Origin: a bacterium
Lineage (GTDB): Bacteria > Methylomirabilota > Methylomirabilia > CAVQYV01
NCBI GenBank assembly: GCA_043800755.1
Contig: JAZDMQ010000110.1
Location: 1-17,805, forward strand
DNA length: 17,805 bases
Direction of reading: 5' to 3'
In this document: positions 8,928-17,527 of the stretch, one piece after another
Layout of the letters: each line of letters opens with the position of its first letter
How positions within the stretch are numbered: the first letter of the stretch is position 1
Notes under the pieces: model-generated
Database searches by the model: none
Seen by the model: the letters and a program-made list of their open reading frames with translations, nothing else
What the model was told of the DNA's origin: nothing
Translations under genes and position numbers: made by a program

Positions 8928-10489
8928 ATGCGGATGCCAAAACAGATGTGAGACGCTGGGAGGAAAAGGTCAAAGAGATCCTCGGACCCCGCTATCGAGG
9001 AGGAGAGAAGTCTATCCAGGGGCTGCTGGATTGGAAAGACAAGGTGAAGGATCTGGCCCAGAGGATTGAGGGTTGCCGGGCTGAGATGGATCATCTGCTG
9101 GATGGTTTCTCGGGGGGCTACATCCCGAGTGGTCCCTCGGGCTGTCCCACCCGGGGCAAAGTGGATGTGCTCCCTACCGGCAAGAACTTCTACGCCCTGG
9201 ATCCCCAGAAGATCCCCAGCAAAGCGGCCTGGAGGGTAGGAAGGGTATTGGCGACCCGCCTGATCGAGCGATATGAGGCAGATATGGGCACCCTCCCTGA
9301 GAATACCGGCATGGTTTTGTTTTGCACGGATATGATGTGGACCGAGGGAGAACAGGTGGCCCAGATCCTTTACCTCTTAGGAGTGGAGCCGGTCTGGGCA
9401 GAGAGCGGGCGGGTGAGAGGCCTCCGGGTCATCCCTCTTGAGGAGCTGAATCGCCCTCGCATCGACGTCACCGTGCGCATCGGAGGGATCGTTCGCGACG
9501 CCTTTCCCTGCGTGGTGGAGCTCATCGATGAGGCGGTGCGCAAGGTTGCGTTTCTCGACGAGGCGGAGGATAGGAATTTCGTCCGCAAGCACACCTTTTC
9601 ACGGATCAAGGAGCAAGATACCCCAGCGGAGAGGTTGAAGGCAGCCACCCGCATCTTCGGCAGCCGTCCGGGCACCTACGGCTCCGGGGTGAACCTGGCC
9701 GTTTACGCGAGTGCCTGGAATGAGGAGAAGGATCTCTCCGATGTCTTCATCTATTTCGGCGGCTTTGCCTATGGCAAGGATCGATATGGAGAGCCGGCCC
9801 ATGAGGAGCTCATGGACAGCCTCAGCTCGGTGGATCTCACCTTCAAGAACCAGCCGACGGACGAGCATGACATCTTCGGCTGTTGCTGCCATTTCTCGTA
9901 CCAGGGAGGCCTCACTGCGGCAGCCCACAGTATCTCGGGCCGCGAGGTCAAGACCTATCACGGGGACACGCGCAATCCCCGTATTCCCGAGGTCAGGGAG
10001 CTGGGGGACGAGATCAAGCGGGTGGTGCGCACCAAGCTCCTCAATCCCGCCTGGATCGAGGGCATGAAGGAACATGGATACCGGGGAGCGAGCGATATGA
10101 CCAAGCGTATCGGACGGGTCTACGGCTGGCAGGCTACTACCAAGGTGGTGGACGGGTGGGTCTTTGACGACATCACCCGCACCTATGTGCTAAATGAAGA
10201 GATGCGCGAATGGTTCAAAAAGAATAATCCCTGGGCCCTGGAAGAGATTGGACGAAGACTACTGGAGGCCCAACGGCGTAACCTCTGGGATGCCGATCCG
10301 GAGGTGCTGCAGGAGCTGATGAGGGTTCAGCTGGAGCTGGAAGGAGATTTAGAGGAGAAGATGGGCGAGGTGCAGGGCGATTTTCAGGGCGGTTCGGTCG
10401 ATATCTTGACGACGGAGAACGTGAAGGACTGGGGAGAGATGATGAAGGCTGTTAAGGAGAAGATCCACGGGAGGTCCCAGAAAAAATGA
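8912..10489 (+). CDS. cobN: Class I chelatase large subunit (CobN/BchH family), C-terminal part
   Basis: Motifs [105 protein letters not shown]. Has its own RBS, AAGGAGG (8898-8904), 7 nt before ATG 8912. Confidence 0.93.
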   Translation: MSKTLNADAKTDVRRWEEKVKEILGPRYRGGEKSIQGLLDWKDKVKDLAQRIEGCRAEMDHLLDGFSGGYIPSGPSGCPTRGKVDVLPTGKNFYALDPQKIPSKAAWRVGRVLATRLIERYEADMGTLPENTGMVLFCTDMMWTEGEQVAQILYLLGVEPVWAESGRVRGLRVIPLEELNRPRIDVTVRIGGIVRDAFPCVVELIDEAVRKVAFLDEAEDRNFVRKHTFSRIKEQDTPAERLKAATRIFGSRPGTYGSGVNLAVYASAWNEEKDLSDVFIYFGGFAYGKDRYGEPAHEELMDSLSSVDLTFKNQPTDEHDIFGCCCHFSYQGGLTAAAHSISGREVKTYHGDTRNPRIPEVRELGDEIKRVVRTKLLNPAWIEGMKEHGYRGASDMTKRIGRVYGWQATTKVVDGWVFDDITRTYVLNEEMREWFKKNNPWALEEIGRRLLEAQRRNLWDADPEVLQELMRVQLELEGDLEEKMGEVQGDFQGGSVDILTTENVKDWGEMMKAVKEKIHGRSQKK

Positions 10490-12459
10490 CGTGTGGAAGC
10501 TCGGTTTACTCATTTTCAGCGATCGTCGGCCAGGAACGAATGAAGAAGGCGCTCCTTTTGAACGCCATCAATCCTAAGATTGGAGGCGTTCTCATCCGGG
10601 GGGAGAAGGGGACGGCCAAGTCCACGGCGGTACGGGCCCTGGCCAACCTTCTTCTCCAGATGGAGGTGGTGGCCAACTGCCCCTTCGGTTGCAACCCTTA
10701 TGATCCGGCAGCCATGTGCTCCAATTGCCTGGAGGCCTACGAGCGGGGCGATACCTTCCCGGTCGAGCTGCGTACGGTAAGAGTGGTTACCCTTCCGGTG
10801 GGTGCTACGGAGGATCGGGTCGTGGGGACCCTCGATCTGGAGCATGCGATCAAGAAGGGGGCCAAGCGGTTCGAGCCAGGGGTGCTGGCCGAGGTGAATC
10901 GGGGGATCCTCTATGTGGACGAGGTGAACCTCCTGGAGGACCACATCGTTGATGTGTTGCTGGACTCGGCCGCCATGGGGATGAACATCGTGGAGAGGGA
11001 AGGCGTATCCTTTTCCCATCCCTCCCACTTCATCCTGGTGGGGACCATGAACCCGGAAGAGGGGGACTTGAGGCCCCAATTGTTGGACCGCTTTGGCCTC
11101 TGTGTGAACATCCAGGGAATCTTCGATCGGGAAGAGCGGATGGAGGTTGCGCGCAGGAGATTGGCCTACGAAGAGAATCCCCTTGCCTTTGGGGAGAGAT
11201 TTACCCCCGAAGAGGATCGGCTGCGGGAGACAATCCGCCAGGCTCAGCTCCTGCTGCCTCGGGTGACCCTCCCTGAGCCTTTCATGGAGATGATCGTGGG
11301 CATCTCCATCGATATGGCGGTGGATGGCCACCGCTCCGACATCGTAATGGCCAAGACCGCCATGACCCTGGCTGCATTGCATGGACGGGAAACGGTGGCG
11401 GAGGAAGATGTCAAAGAGGCGGCGGCATTGGTGCTGCCTCATCGGATGAGGAGGCGGCCTTTTGAAGAGGAGCGCCTGAGCGAGGAGAAGATCCAGGAAT
11501 CGATGGAGAAGACGAAGAACGAACAGCCGCCCCCTTCCAATGGGCCACCTCCAGAGGTCCCTCCTCCGGCAGAGCAGGAGCCGCCGCCTGTGGGCCCTCC
11601 CCCTCCCGAAGCGAAAGAGCAGGTCTTTGAGGCCTCCGATCCTCAAGCCCTGAAGGAAATCAACCTCCCTCGCGACCGCCGGACGCGCACCGGCGGAGGA
11701 AGGCGGGTCTCCAGCCGCACGGAGCGCAAGGCCGGCAGATATGTGAAGAGCTGCCTGCCCAAGGGAAAATGCCAGGATCTGGCCCTGGACGCTACCTTTC
11801 GGGCGGCGGCTCCCCACCAGAGACATCGCCGGGGAGAGCATGCCCTCATGATCGAGGATTCGGACATCCGGGAGAAGATCCGGGAGCGCAAGGTGGGCAC
11901 CACCCTGCTCTTTGTGGTGGACGCCAGTGGCTCCATGGGGGCCCAGAGGAGGATGTCCGAGGCGAAAGGAGCCATCCTTTCGCTGCTCATGGATGCCTAT
12001 CAGAAGAGAGACCGGGTGGGCATGGTGGCCTTCAAGGGCAAGGAGGCCAAGGTGCTTCTTCCTCCCACAAGGTCCGTGGAACTGGCGAAGAGGCGACTGG
12101 AGGTCCTGCCTACGGGGGGGAGGACTCCGCTCTCCCGAGCCTTCCAGGTGGCTTATGAGGTATTGGAGTTGGAAAAGAAGAAAGACCCCGACCTCTATCC
12201 CTTGATGGTGATCGTCTCCGACGGCAGACCCAATGTCTCCTTGTCCGGAAAAGACCCGTTGCAGGAGACCCTGGAGATAGCCGATCAGGTGAGACAGGCC
12301 GGGATTGCCTCCCTCTTCCTGGATGTGGAGAAGGATTTCCTGCGTCTGGGTATGGGATCCAAGATCGCAGCCGCCATGGGGGGCAAATACTATCGGCTGG
12401 AGGACCTGCGATCGGAATCGATCCTGGATATCCTGCGCCAGGAGGGAGTGGCTCATTGA
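10486..12459 (+). CDS. chlD: Chelatase AAA+/vWA subunit (ChlD/BchD type with an intact ChlI-like N-terminal domain)
   Basis: FSAIVGQE, Walker [21 protein letters not shown], Walker [31 protein letters not shown], a Pro/Glu-rich linker (~11521-11620), and a vWA MIDAS ([22 protein letters not shown]). ATGA overlap with cobN. Confidence 0.93.
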   Translation: MTCGSSVYSFSAIVGQERMKKALLLNAINPKIGGVLIRGEKGTAKSTAVRALANLLLQMEVVANCPFGCNPYDPAAMCSNCLEAYERGDTFPVELRTVRVVTLPVGATEDRVVGTLDLEHAIKKGAKRFEPGVLAEVNRGILYVDEVNLLEDHIVDVLLDSAAMGMNIVEREGVSFSHPSHFILVGTMNPEEGDLRPQLLDRFGLCVNIQGIFDREERMEVARRRLAYEENPLAFGERFTPEEDRLRETIRQAQLLLPRVTLPEPFMEMIVGISIDMAVDGHRSDIVMAKTAMTLAALHGRETVAEEDVKEAAALVLPHRMRRRPFEEERLSEEKIQESMEKTKNEQPPPSNGPPPEVPPPAEQEPPPVGPPPPEAKEQVFEASDPQALKEINLPRDRRTRTGGGRRVSSRTERKAGRYVKSCLPKGKCQDLALDATFRAAAPHQRHRRGEHALMIEDSDIREKIRERKVGTTLLFVVDASGSMGAQRRMSEAKGAILSLLMDAYQKRDRVGMVAFKGKEAKVLLPPTRSVELAKRRLEVLPTGGRTPLSRAFQVAYEVLELEKKKDPDLYPLMVIVSDGRPNVSLSGKDPLQETLEIADQVRQAGIASLFLDVEKDFLRLGMGSKIAAAMGGKYYRLEDLRSESILDILRQEGVAH

Positions 12460-13295
12460 TTCGGCTGGAAGAGGTGACGAAATGTTACGGCAGCCTCCGC
12501 GCGGTCAAGGACCTTTCCCTCCACATCCCAAGAGGAGAGGTCTTCGGCTTTCTCGGGCCCAATGGCGCCGGCAAAACCACGACGATCCACATGATGACCA
12601 CCCTGACCCGTCCCACTTCGGGCCGTATATTCATCGGTGGCTACGATTTGAGCCGGCAACCAACGCAGGCCAAAATGACCTTTGGAGTGGTGCCTCAACA
12701 GGTAAATTTGGAGAAGGGCCTGACGGTTTATCAAAACCTCGACCTTCATGGCCGGCTTTATCGATTGCCCGGAGAGAGCCGGCGGAAAAGGATTCAAGAG
12801 GTGCTGGAATATGTGGGTCTCTGGGGGGAGCAAAAGATGCAGGTTCGAAATCTGTCCGGGGGCATGGAGCGCCGACTCTTGATCGCCCGGGGGGTTCTGC
12901 ATCAACCCCAGATCCTTTTTCTGGATGAGCCCACCGTGGGTCTCGATCCCCAGACCCGACGGCGCATTTGGGATATGGTTCGACAGATGCGCGAAGAAGG
13001 AGTGACCATCTTCCTTACCACTCACTACATCGAGGAAGCCGATATGCTCTGCGACCGCGTAGGGATCATCCACCAGGGCCAGATAATCGCCCTGGGCCAT
13101 CCGGAAGCCCTTAAGGATCAGAAGGGCCGCTTCACCCTCGAATTTCGCAGCAATGGCCAGACGCATTGGCGTTTCTATCAGGATCGCAATAGTGCCCTGG
13201 AGGATATGGGGTCCTATCCCGGGGAAGTGAGGCTGCGAGAAACGAATCTGGAGGATGTCTTCATCAGCCTGACCGGATTTGCCATGCGAGATTAA
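12456..13295 (+). CDS. ABC transporter ATP-binding protein (DrrA/NodI-like)
   Basis: TTG start overlapping the chlD stop. [43 protein letters not shown] and C-terminal [11 protein letters not shown]. Confidence 0.92.
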   Translation: MIRLEEVTKCYGSLRAVKDLSLHIPRGEVFGFLGPNGAGKTTTIHMMTTLTRPTSGRIFIGGYDLSRQPTQAKMTFGVVPQQVNLEKGLTVYQNLDLHGRLYRLPGESRRKRIQEVLEYVGLWGEQKMQVRNLSGGMERRLLIARGVLHQPQILFLDEPTVGLDPQTRRRIWDMVRQMREEGVTIFLTTHYIEEADMLCDRVGIIHQGQIIALGHPEALKDQKGRFTLEFRSNGQTHWRFYQDRNSALEDMGSYPGEVRLRETNLEDVFISLTGFAMRD

Positions 13296-13296
13296 A

Positions 13297-14031
13297 ATGG
13301 ACTTCTATATCTTCTTCTATAAAGACCTCCTGTTGCTAAAAGAACGCTTTTCCAAATTTGTCAGCTCGGCCCTGGCAGGTCCATTGTTTTACCTGGGAGC
13401 CTTCGGTTGGGGTCTCGGCCGTCGATTACAGATGGATGGCCTTTCCTATCTCGATTTCGTGGTGCCCGGCATCGTGGCTATCACGGCCATGACGGGAAGT
13501 TTCTCCGGCGTGGCGATCAATCTCAATATGAGTCGCCTCTACTTGAAGACCTTCGATGCCTATCGCACCAGTCCGGTGCACCCGATGTCGATCGTGATCG
13601 GTTATACCATAGCGGGGATCTTCAGGGGCCTGGTCTCTTCCTTGGGGGTTCTCTTCGTCGGAGTCTTATTTGGGGCCCACTTACAGGTTAAGGTGAGTTT
13701 CTTTCTCGCTTTGCTGCTTTCCACCACGGTCTTTTCTGCTTTTGGGGTTTTTGCTGCCTTGTTCGTTAACTCCCATGAGGATCTGTCTCTCTTCAATACC
13801 TTCGTGATCTTTCCCATGTCTTTCCTCTGTGGGACCTTTTTTTCAATCTCGGGGCTTCCTCACTTGCTGCGGGAGGCAATCTACCTGCTTCCGCTAACCC
13901 ACTCCAGCCTGCTGCTCAGGAGTTTGGCTTTGGGTCATTCTTTCCTCTATTTGTCCGGCCTGGTGCTACTTGCTTATGCCCTGGTTTTCCTGGGGCTTGC
14001 GCGATGGGCCATCGATCGATGCTACCGGTGA
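13297..14031 (+). CDS. ABC-2 type permease (NodJ/DrrB-like)
   Basis: Start reassigned to ATG 13297, 1 nt after the ATPase stop. About 6 TM helices with SYLDFVVPGI, PMSFLCGTFFS and LLPLTHS motifs. Confidence 0.9.
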   Translation: MDFYIFFYKDLLLLKERFSKFVSSALAGPLFYLGAFGWGLGRRLQMDGLSYLDFVVPGIVAITAMTGSFSGVAINLNMSRLYLKTFDAYRTSPVHPMSIVIGYTIAGIFRGLVSSLGVLFVGVLFGAHLQVKVSFFLALLLSTTVFSAFGVFAALFVNSHEDLSLFNTFVIFPMSFLCGTFFSISGLPHLLREAIYLLPLTHSSLLLRSLALGHSFLYLSGLVLLAYALVFLGLARWAIDRCYR

Positions 14032-14099
14032 GGAGTGGTGGGGAAAGAGCCTTAGGGGAGGGATCAGTTTTTGACCCAAGCTCTCCAAGGAGGGGGATG

Positions 14100-14228
14100 A
14101 TGGAGGGAACGCAAGAATGCTGGTGGAAGAGATGGTTCTTCTGGATACTGGCCGCGATATTCCTGATCTTGCTGGCCGCGGGAGTTCCTCTCTACTTTGT
14201 TTGGAGAGTGTCTCGTGGGCACTTCTGA
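14100..14228 (+). CDS. Small single-pass membrane protein, 42 aa (MEGTQECWWKRWFFWILAAIFLILLAAGVPLYFVWRVSRGHF)
   Basis: RBS AAGGAGG (14087-14093) 6 nt before ATG 14100. One clear hydrophobic helix flanked by Trp/Arg. Same strand as the operon. Confidence 0.6.
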   Translation: MEGTQECWWKRWFFWILAAIFLILLAAGVPLYFVWRVSRGHF

Positions 14229-14330
14229 TACCAGCGGTAAGATGGAAATCCTAACCCAGCGATACAGAGAGGGCTCAAAGGGAATGGAAAAGGCAGGCCG
14301 TGGGTTGCTGGAAGGAGGTGATGTGTGCCG

Positions 14331-14567
14331 ATGTGCGAGGCGACCGCTTTTCTGATCACAGCTGATGGAAGGGAAAACATCTATCTGAAGGATGTGGATG
14401 TGATCCGCCCGGAGGGGAAAAAGTTGTACCTGCGTGACATCTTTGGGGAACAAAAGGAGATCGAGGCGGAGATCAAGGAGATCAATCTATTGAATCACCG
14501 GGTCCTCCTGCAGCAGAGAGTTGGGCTGAACACCACGCAGAAGAAAAGGAGTGTCAACCGGCCATGA
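14331..14567 (+). CDS. cooT: CooT-family nickel-binding protein
   Basis: MCEATAF N-terminus with Cys2, then KDVDVI, LYLRDIFGEQKEI.A.IKEINLLNHRVLL, the CooT family pattern. RBS AAGGAGGTG at 14312-14320. Confidence 0.85.
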   Translation: MCEATAFLITADGRENIYLKDVDVIRPEGKKLYLRDIFGEQKEIEAEIKEINLLNHRVLLQQRVGLNTTQKKRSVNRP

Positions 14568-14688
14568 AGGCCGGAGAGGCCGGAAGGCTTCTAATCCTGA
14601 GGTGATAGCGACCTCATGTCGCCCCTAATATCCGGGAGATAGTTGGGCTTGCGGGGAAGCAAATCCGTGCCTGGACGGTCTGGCTTCG

Positions 14689-14723
14689 GAGGTCGGGGAC
14701 TCCTCGCCCGAGTCCTCGGCCTC
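14689..14723. terminator. GC-rich 14 bp stem-loop between convergent transcription units (terminator-like or REP-like)
   Basis: GAGGTCGGGGACTC (14689-14702), 7 nt loop, GAGTCCTCGGCCTC (14710-14723), with two G-U pairs. There is no flanking U-tract, so it is not a classical intrinsic terminator. Confidence 0.35.
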
Positions 14724-14833
14724 GCCCTCAGGACAAGCAGGGATACCGAAGAGAGGTAAAGGAAGGCAGAGAGGTCTGCTCAAAAGGGGACTTGGGTGTA
14801 ATCGAAGCCTTGAGCAAAAAGGCCTACATTAGA

Positions 14834-14965
14834 TCATACTTCATGAATTACCTGCTTGGTAGTGAGGATCTCGTGGCGGCGGTAAGGATTCCTGATGGCC
14901 GTCTGCTCCACCAGATCGACCTTCCGCCCGAAGATCTCCTGCAACTCCGCGATCATGTCCACCCA
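14834..14965 (-). pseudogene. C-terminal remnant of a minimal nucleotidyltransferase (MntA-type antitoxin)
   Basis: WVDMIAELQEIFGRKVDLVEQTAIRNPYRRHEILTTKQVIHEV* matches the MNT C-terminal pattern (L..LFGRKVDLV...I.NPY.R..IL). The catalytic GS..DxD N-terminal half is absent; the upstream frame runs into the 3' end of the large ORF. Confidence 0.75.
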
Positions 14966-14982
14966 TCGCTTCACCCAGCTTC

Positions 14983-17361
14983 TTACTTTGTTACCTGCTT
15001 CTGTTTTCGCTTTTTCCATTCCACTTGAGACCACTCGAACCATGATGGAAGATTAAGATAAAGCTGCTGGGTCGCATCGGCGAGGATCGGCAGCTCAGCC
15101 AGCTCAAAACTTCGCTCACTCAATTGGTCGTATAAACCACCCTTACCCTTCCAGCTATATCCAATCTCAAAGGAGGAGAAAAGCTCAGTGCCAGTTAACA
15201 GGATCACCGGGCTGTTTGGTTTTCCGCGTAGTTTCTTTTTCCTTTCTGTGATCGCCAACTCGCGGATCAACCTCACTTCTAACTCCTGCAATTCGTTGTT
15301 GAGGGTGGCAAAAACCAGTGCGGCGCCGGGGAAGGCGGCTGCTAGCTCCTTCATGCGCTTTACGTCCCTGGGCTCGAACCGATTGAAGCTCTTGCACTCT
15401 GCATGAATGACATAAGTCCTTGTCTGACGCCACGTTGAAGGCTTGTACAAGCAGGTGAGGTCCGCTTCTAAGCGCTTGCTGTCCTTTTCCGCTGTATAAC
15501 TGAAGAGCGGTGTAACACCCCGATCGTGAGTGCCGCCCAGCAACTTAAGCGTAAGTAAAACTGTAAAGGCCCCTTGTGCAATCGATCTAGCAAATGGCCC
15601 ATGAGCCCGGTACGTCCACTTAATATCCTTTGGCGATTTCAGTGGTGGCGAGAAGTCGGATAGACAGGAACGGCACCGCAATTGGTATTCAAGTGCATTC
15701 AACTCATACCAGTTGTAACGCGTACATACGGGGCACTGAATCTTGGCGCCTAACCGTAGGGCATTCGCCTCGAGCAATCCTTCGAGAAAGCGCTCGGCAT
15801 CAAAGAACAGTCCATCGGAGTCAATAACGCGTGTCAACCTGTCAAGCACAGCCTGGCGGGGCATACCAGCTTCTTTCTCTAGCTCTCCAAGCAACTCAAT
15901 GACACCTCTATGAGCGAGCCACGAAGCACCGAATGTGCCGCCGAGTTGCTTTAGCAGCTGCTTCGCGATTCGCCCAGGGCCTGACAGAGACACCTTCCAC
16001 CCATGCTCTCGGAACCACTCTGTCATGACTGCCTCAGCAAGAGGCAAATCGAGAAATATTAGATCTCTCTCACTGTGTGCCAAGAAGACAGGGCCGACTC
16101 TTGAAAATCGCCAATGGAAGTACCCAGTACGTCCTATTGCCGAGGATAGCTCGCGGCTCCCTTCCGGAAAGACCTCAGCCATCGGCTCTTTTGATCCGTA
16201 GAATCGAAAATTAAATTCGTTGGCATACTTAGGCTTGCCTGAGAAATCCCGAAGCATCTCAAACTTCGGATCTTGAGACCGCAGCTCTATTCTAGTCTCA
16301 CCCTCAGATATTCGCCGCTCCTCTTCGTGAGAAAAGGGAAACGCGATCCCCTCAGAAGACTTCTCGCGCGCCCAAGCATCCCACAGCCGTGGGTACCCCC
16401 GGCGTAATACGAACTTTGGCTCCTTCTTGCTTTCGTCCTTGGGAATATTCAAGGACTGACAGAAATTCTTGACTGTATCCTCGCCGAGCGAACGGGACCG
16501 CTGGACAGTCGTGTAGTGAAACATTTTAGGGTTATGCCTATAGGGGCGGTAATTCTCCTCGATGAAGTCGCGGGCCAGCTTCTTTACGCTTTCTATCTCG
16601 GCAGCCTGGATCGGGATGGGAATCACATAATAACCCGCAGCTCGCAAGTTCCAATAGTCAATGATGTCTTGGGTGCTTGTCGCGTCGCACACGAACAGCT
16701 GCGCCTCTCGAAGAGGCCGTTCCTCTAGCGCCCAAGAGGTTAACCTTCTAGGGAAAAAGTTGTGCGATCTCAACAGCTCCGCGAATCGAGTCAATGTCGG
16801 GCGGACTTTCGATATGCCCGGAAGATTGGAGAAGTGTTTGTCCACAATCTGCTGCCCCTCTTTCGGGAGTGCTCCGAACACACTTGTTAGAAAGAGCCCG
16901 TAGGCCCGCGGCAACTCCGGGAACACAATCTGAAGATCGTCATTTCTCTTGTACTTGAGTTCTTTCTCGACGAAGTCCTCTATCAGCTCAATAAGACCTA
17001 TCCCGTGAAGCGGTGATGCTGAGTCTTCCAAATTACCAATCAACTCGTCTGCCTTCACGAGGTCTCGATTACCTACTTGAAATGAGCGATTTGAACACAT
17101 GCCGACTGGCACCACCAGATCAGGGTCGAATCCGTTCAGGTATCCATCGATAATGTCAGCGGGAAGCGGCAGACGTCGAATGCGATGAGGTTCCCACCTG
17201 GCTGGAGTACGGCGATAGGCTGGAATTATCGGGTTATAACTCCCGCCCCAAAGGAAAGTGCTCAGTGCAATTGCGCGGGAAAGTCCCGCACGGTCTGCAG
17301 GATCAACCAAAAACCCCACTCGTAATGGACGGACTCTAATGGTAATTGTTCCTGAGGCCAT
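14983..17361 (-). CDS. Uncharacterised ~792 aa protein with a Zn-ribbon and a C-terminal PD-(D/E)xK-like nuclease motif
   Basis: Long uninterrupted ORF, start ATG 17361 (TTG 17370 is an alternative). N-terminal RPLRVGFLV..WGGSYNPIIP, CPVC-x16-CRSC (15735-15664), and EAD...AECKS (15468-15388). Confidence 0.8.
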   Translation of the reverse strand: MASGTITIRVRPLRVGFLVDPADRAGLSRAIALSTFLWGGSYNPIIPAYRRTPARWEPHRIRRLPLPADIIDGYLNGFDPDLVVPVGMCSNRSFQVGNRDLVKADELIGNLEDSASPLHGIGLIELIEDFVEKELKYKRNDDLQIVFPELPRAYGLFLTSVFGALPKEGQQIVDKHFSNLPGISKVRPTLTRFAELLRSHNFFPRRLTSWALEERPLREAQLFVCDATSTQDIIDYWNLRAAGYYVIPIPIQAAEIESVKKLARDFIEENYRPYRHNPKMFHYTTVQRSRSLGEDTVKNFCQSLNIPKDESKKEPKFVLRRGYPRLWDAWAREKSSEGIAFPFSHEEERRISEGETRIELRSQDPKFEMLRDFSGKPKYANEFNFRFYGSKEPMAEVFPEGSRELSSAIGRTGYFHWRFSRVGPVFLAHSERDLIFLDLPLAEAVMTEWFREHGWKVSLSGPGRIAKQLLKQLGGTFGASWLAHRGVIELLGELEKEAGMPRQAVLDRLTRVIDSDGLFFDAERFLEGLLEANALRLGAKIQCPVCTRYNWYELNALEYQLRCRSCLSDFSPPLKSPKDIKWTYRAHGPFARSIAQGAFTVLLTLKLLGGTHDRGVTPLFSYTAEKDSKRLEADLTCLYKPSTWRQTRTYVIHAECKSFNRFEPRDVKRMKELAAAFPGAALVFATLNNELQELEVRLIRELAITERKKKLRGKPNSPVILLTGTELFSSFEIGYSWKGKGGLYDQLSERSFELAELPILADATQQLYLNLPSWFEWSQVEWKKRKQKQVTK

Positions 17362-17488
17362 ATTTCCCAAGCCACCTTACACTGCCAGTTACCGATATTA
17401 TCATGAGTAAGAAACTATTCAGGGCACCCAGAATTCCGCCAACGATGAATCCGAGAACCAATACCGATGCGTCTATGTTACGATTCAT
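17336..17488 (-). CDS. Putative 50 aa membrane peptide MNRNIDASVLVLGFIVGGILGALNSFLLMIISVTGSVRWLGKYGLRNNYH
   Basis: ATG at 17488, 16 nt downstream of a GTTAGGC core. About 25 hydrophobic residues with GxxxG spacing. Overlaps the start of the large ORF. Weak RBS. Confidence 0.4.
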   Translation of the reverse strand: MNRNIDASVLVLGFIVGGILGALNSFLLMIISVTGSVRWLGKYGLRNNYH

Positions 17489-17504
17489 ATGGTTCTTTTC
17501 TTAG

Positions 17505-17527
17505 GCCTAACAGTAAGTGTTATACCG
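17505..17527 (-). other. Possible tyrosine-recombinase simple site (integron attI-like)
   Basis: The minus strand reads CGGTATAAC-ACTTACT-GTTAGGC: inverted TAAC/GTTA arms ending in a perfect GTTRRRY core, just upstream of an ATG. No integrase or full attC in the window. Confidence 0.3.

Noticed and set aside
11521..11620. C-rich repetitive stretch
   Set aside because: It encodes the normal Pro-rich linker of ChlD/BchD and is not an independent repeat.
10516..12456. 646 aa ORF antisense to chlD
   Set aside because: It is a codon-register mirror of a well-supported GC-rich gene, has no recognisable motifs, and has the composition typical of shadow ORFs.
14519..14649. AGTTGGGCT occurring twice (14519 and 14641), each containing a GTTRRRY match
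   Set aside because: Only 9 bp, with no matching inverse core or attC-like stem. Compatible with chance.
14966..15043. N-terminal part of the 69 aa minus-strand ORF 14834-15043
   Set aside because: It is an alternate frame of the 792 aa gene's 3' end. Only the WVDMI-onward part resembles MNT, so it is treated as a remnant, not a complete gene.
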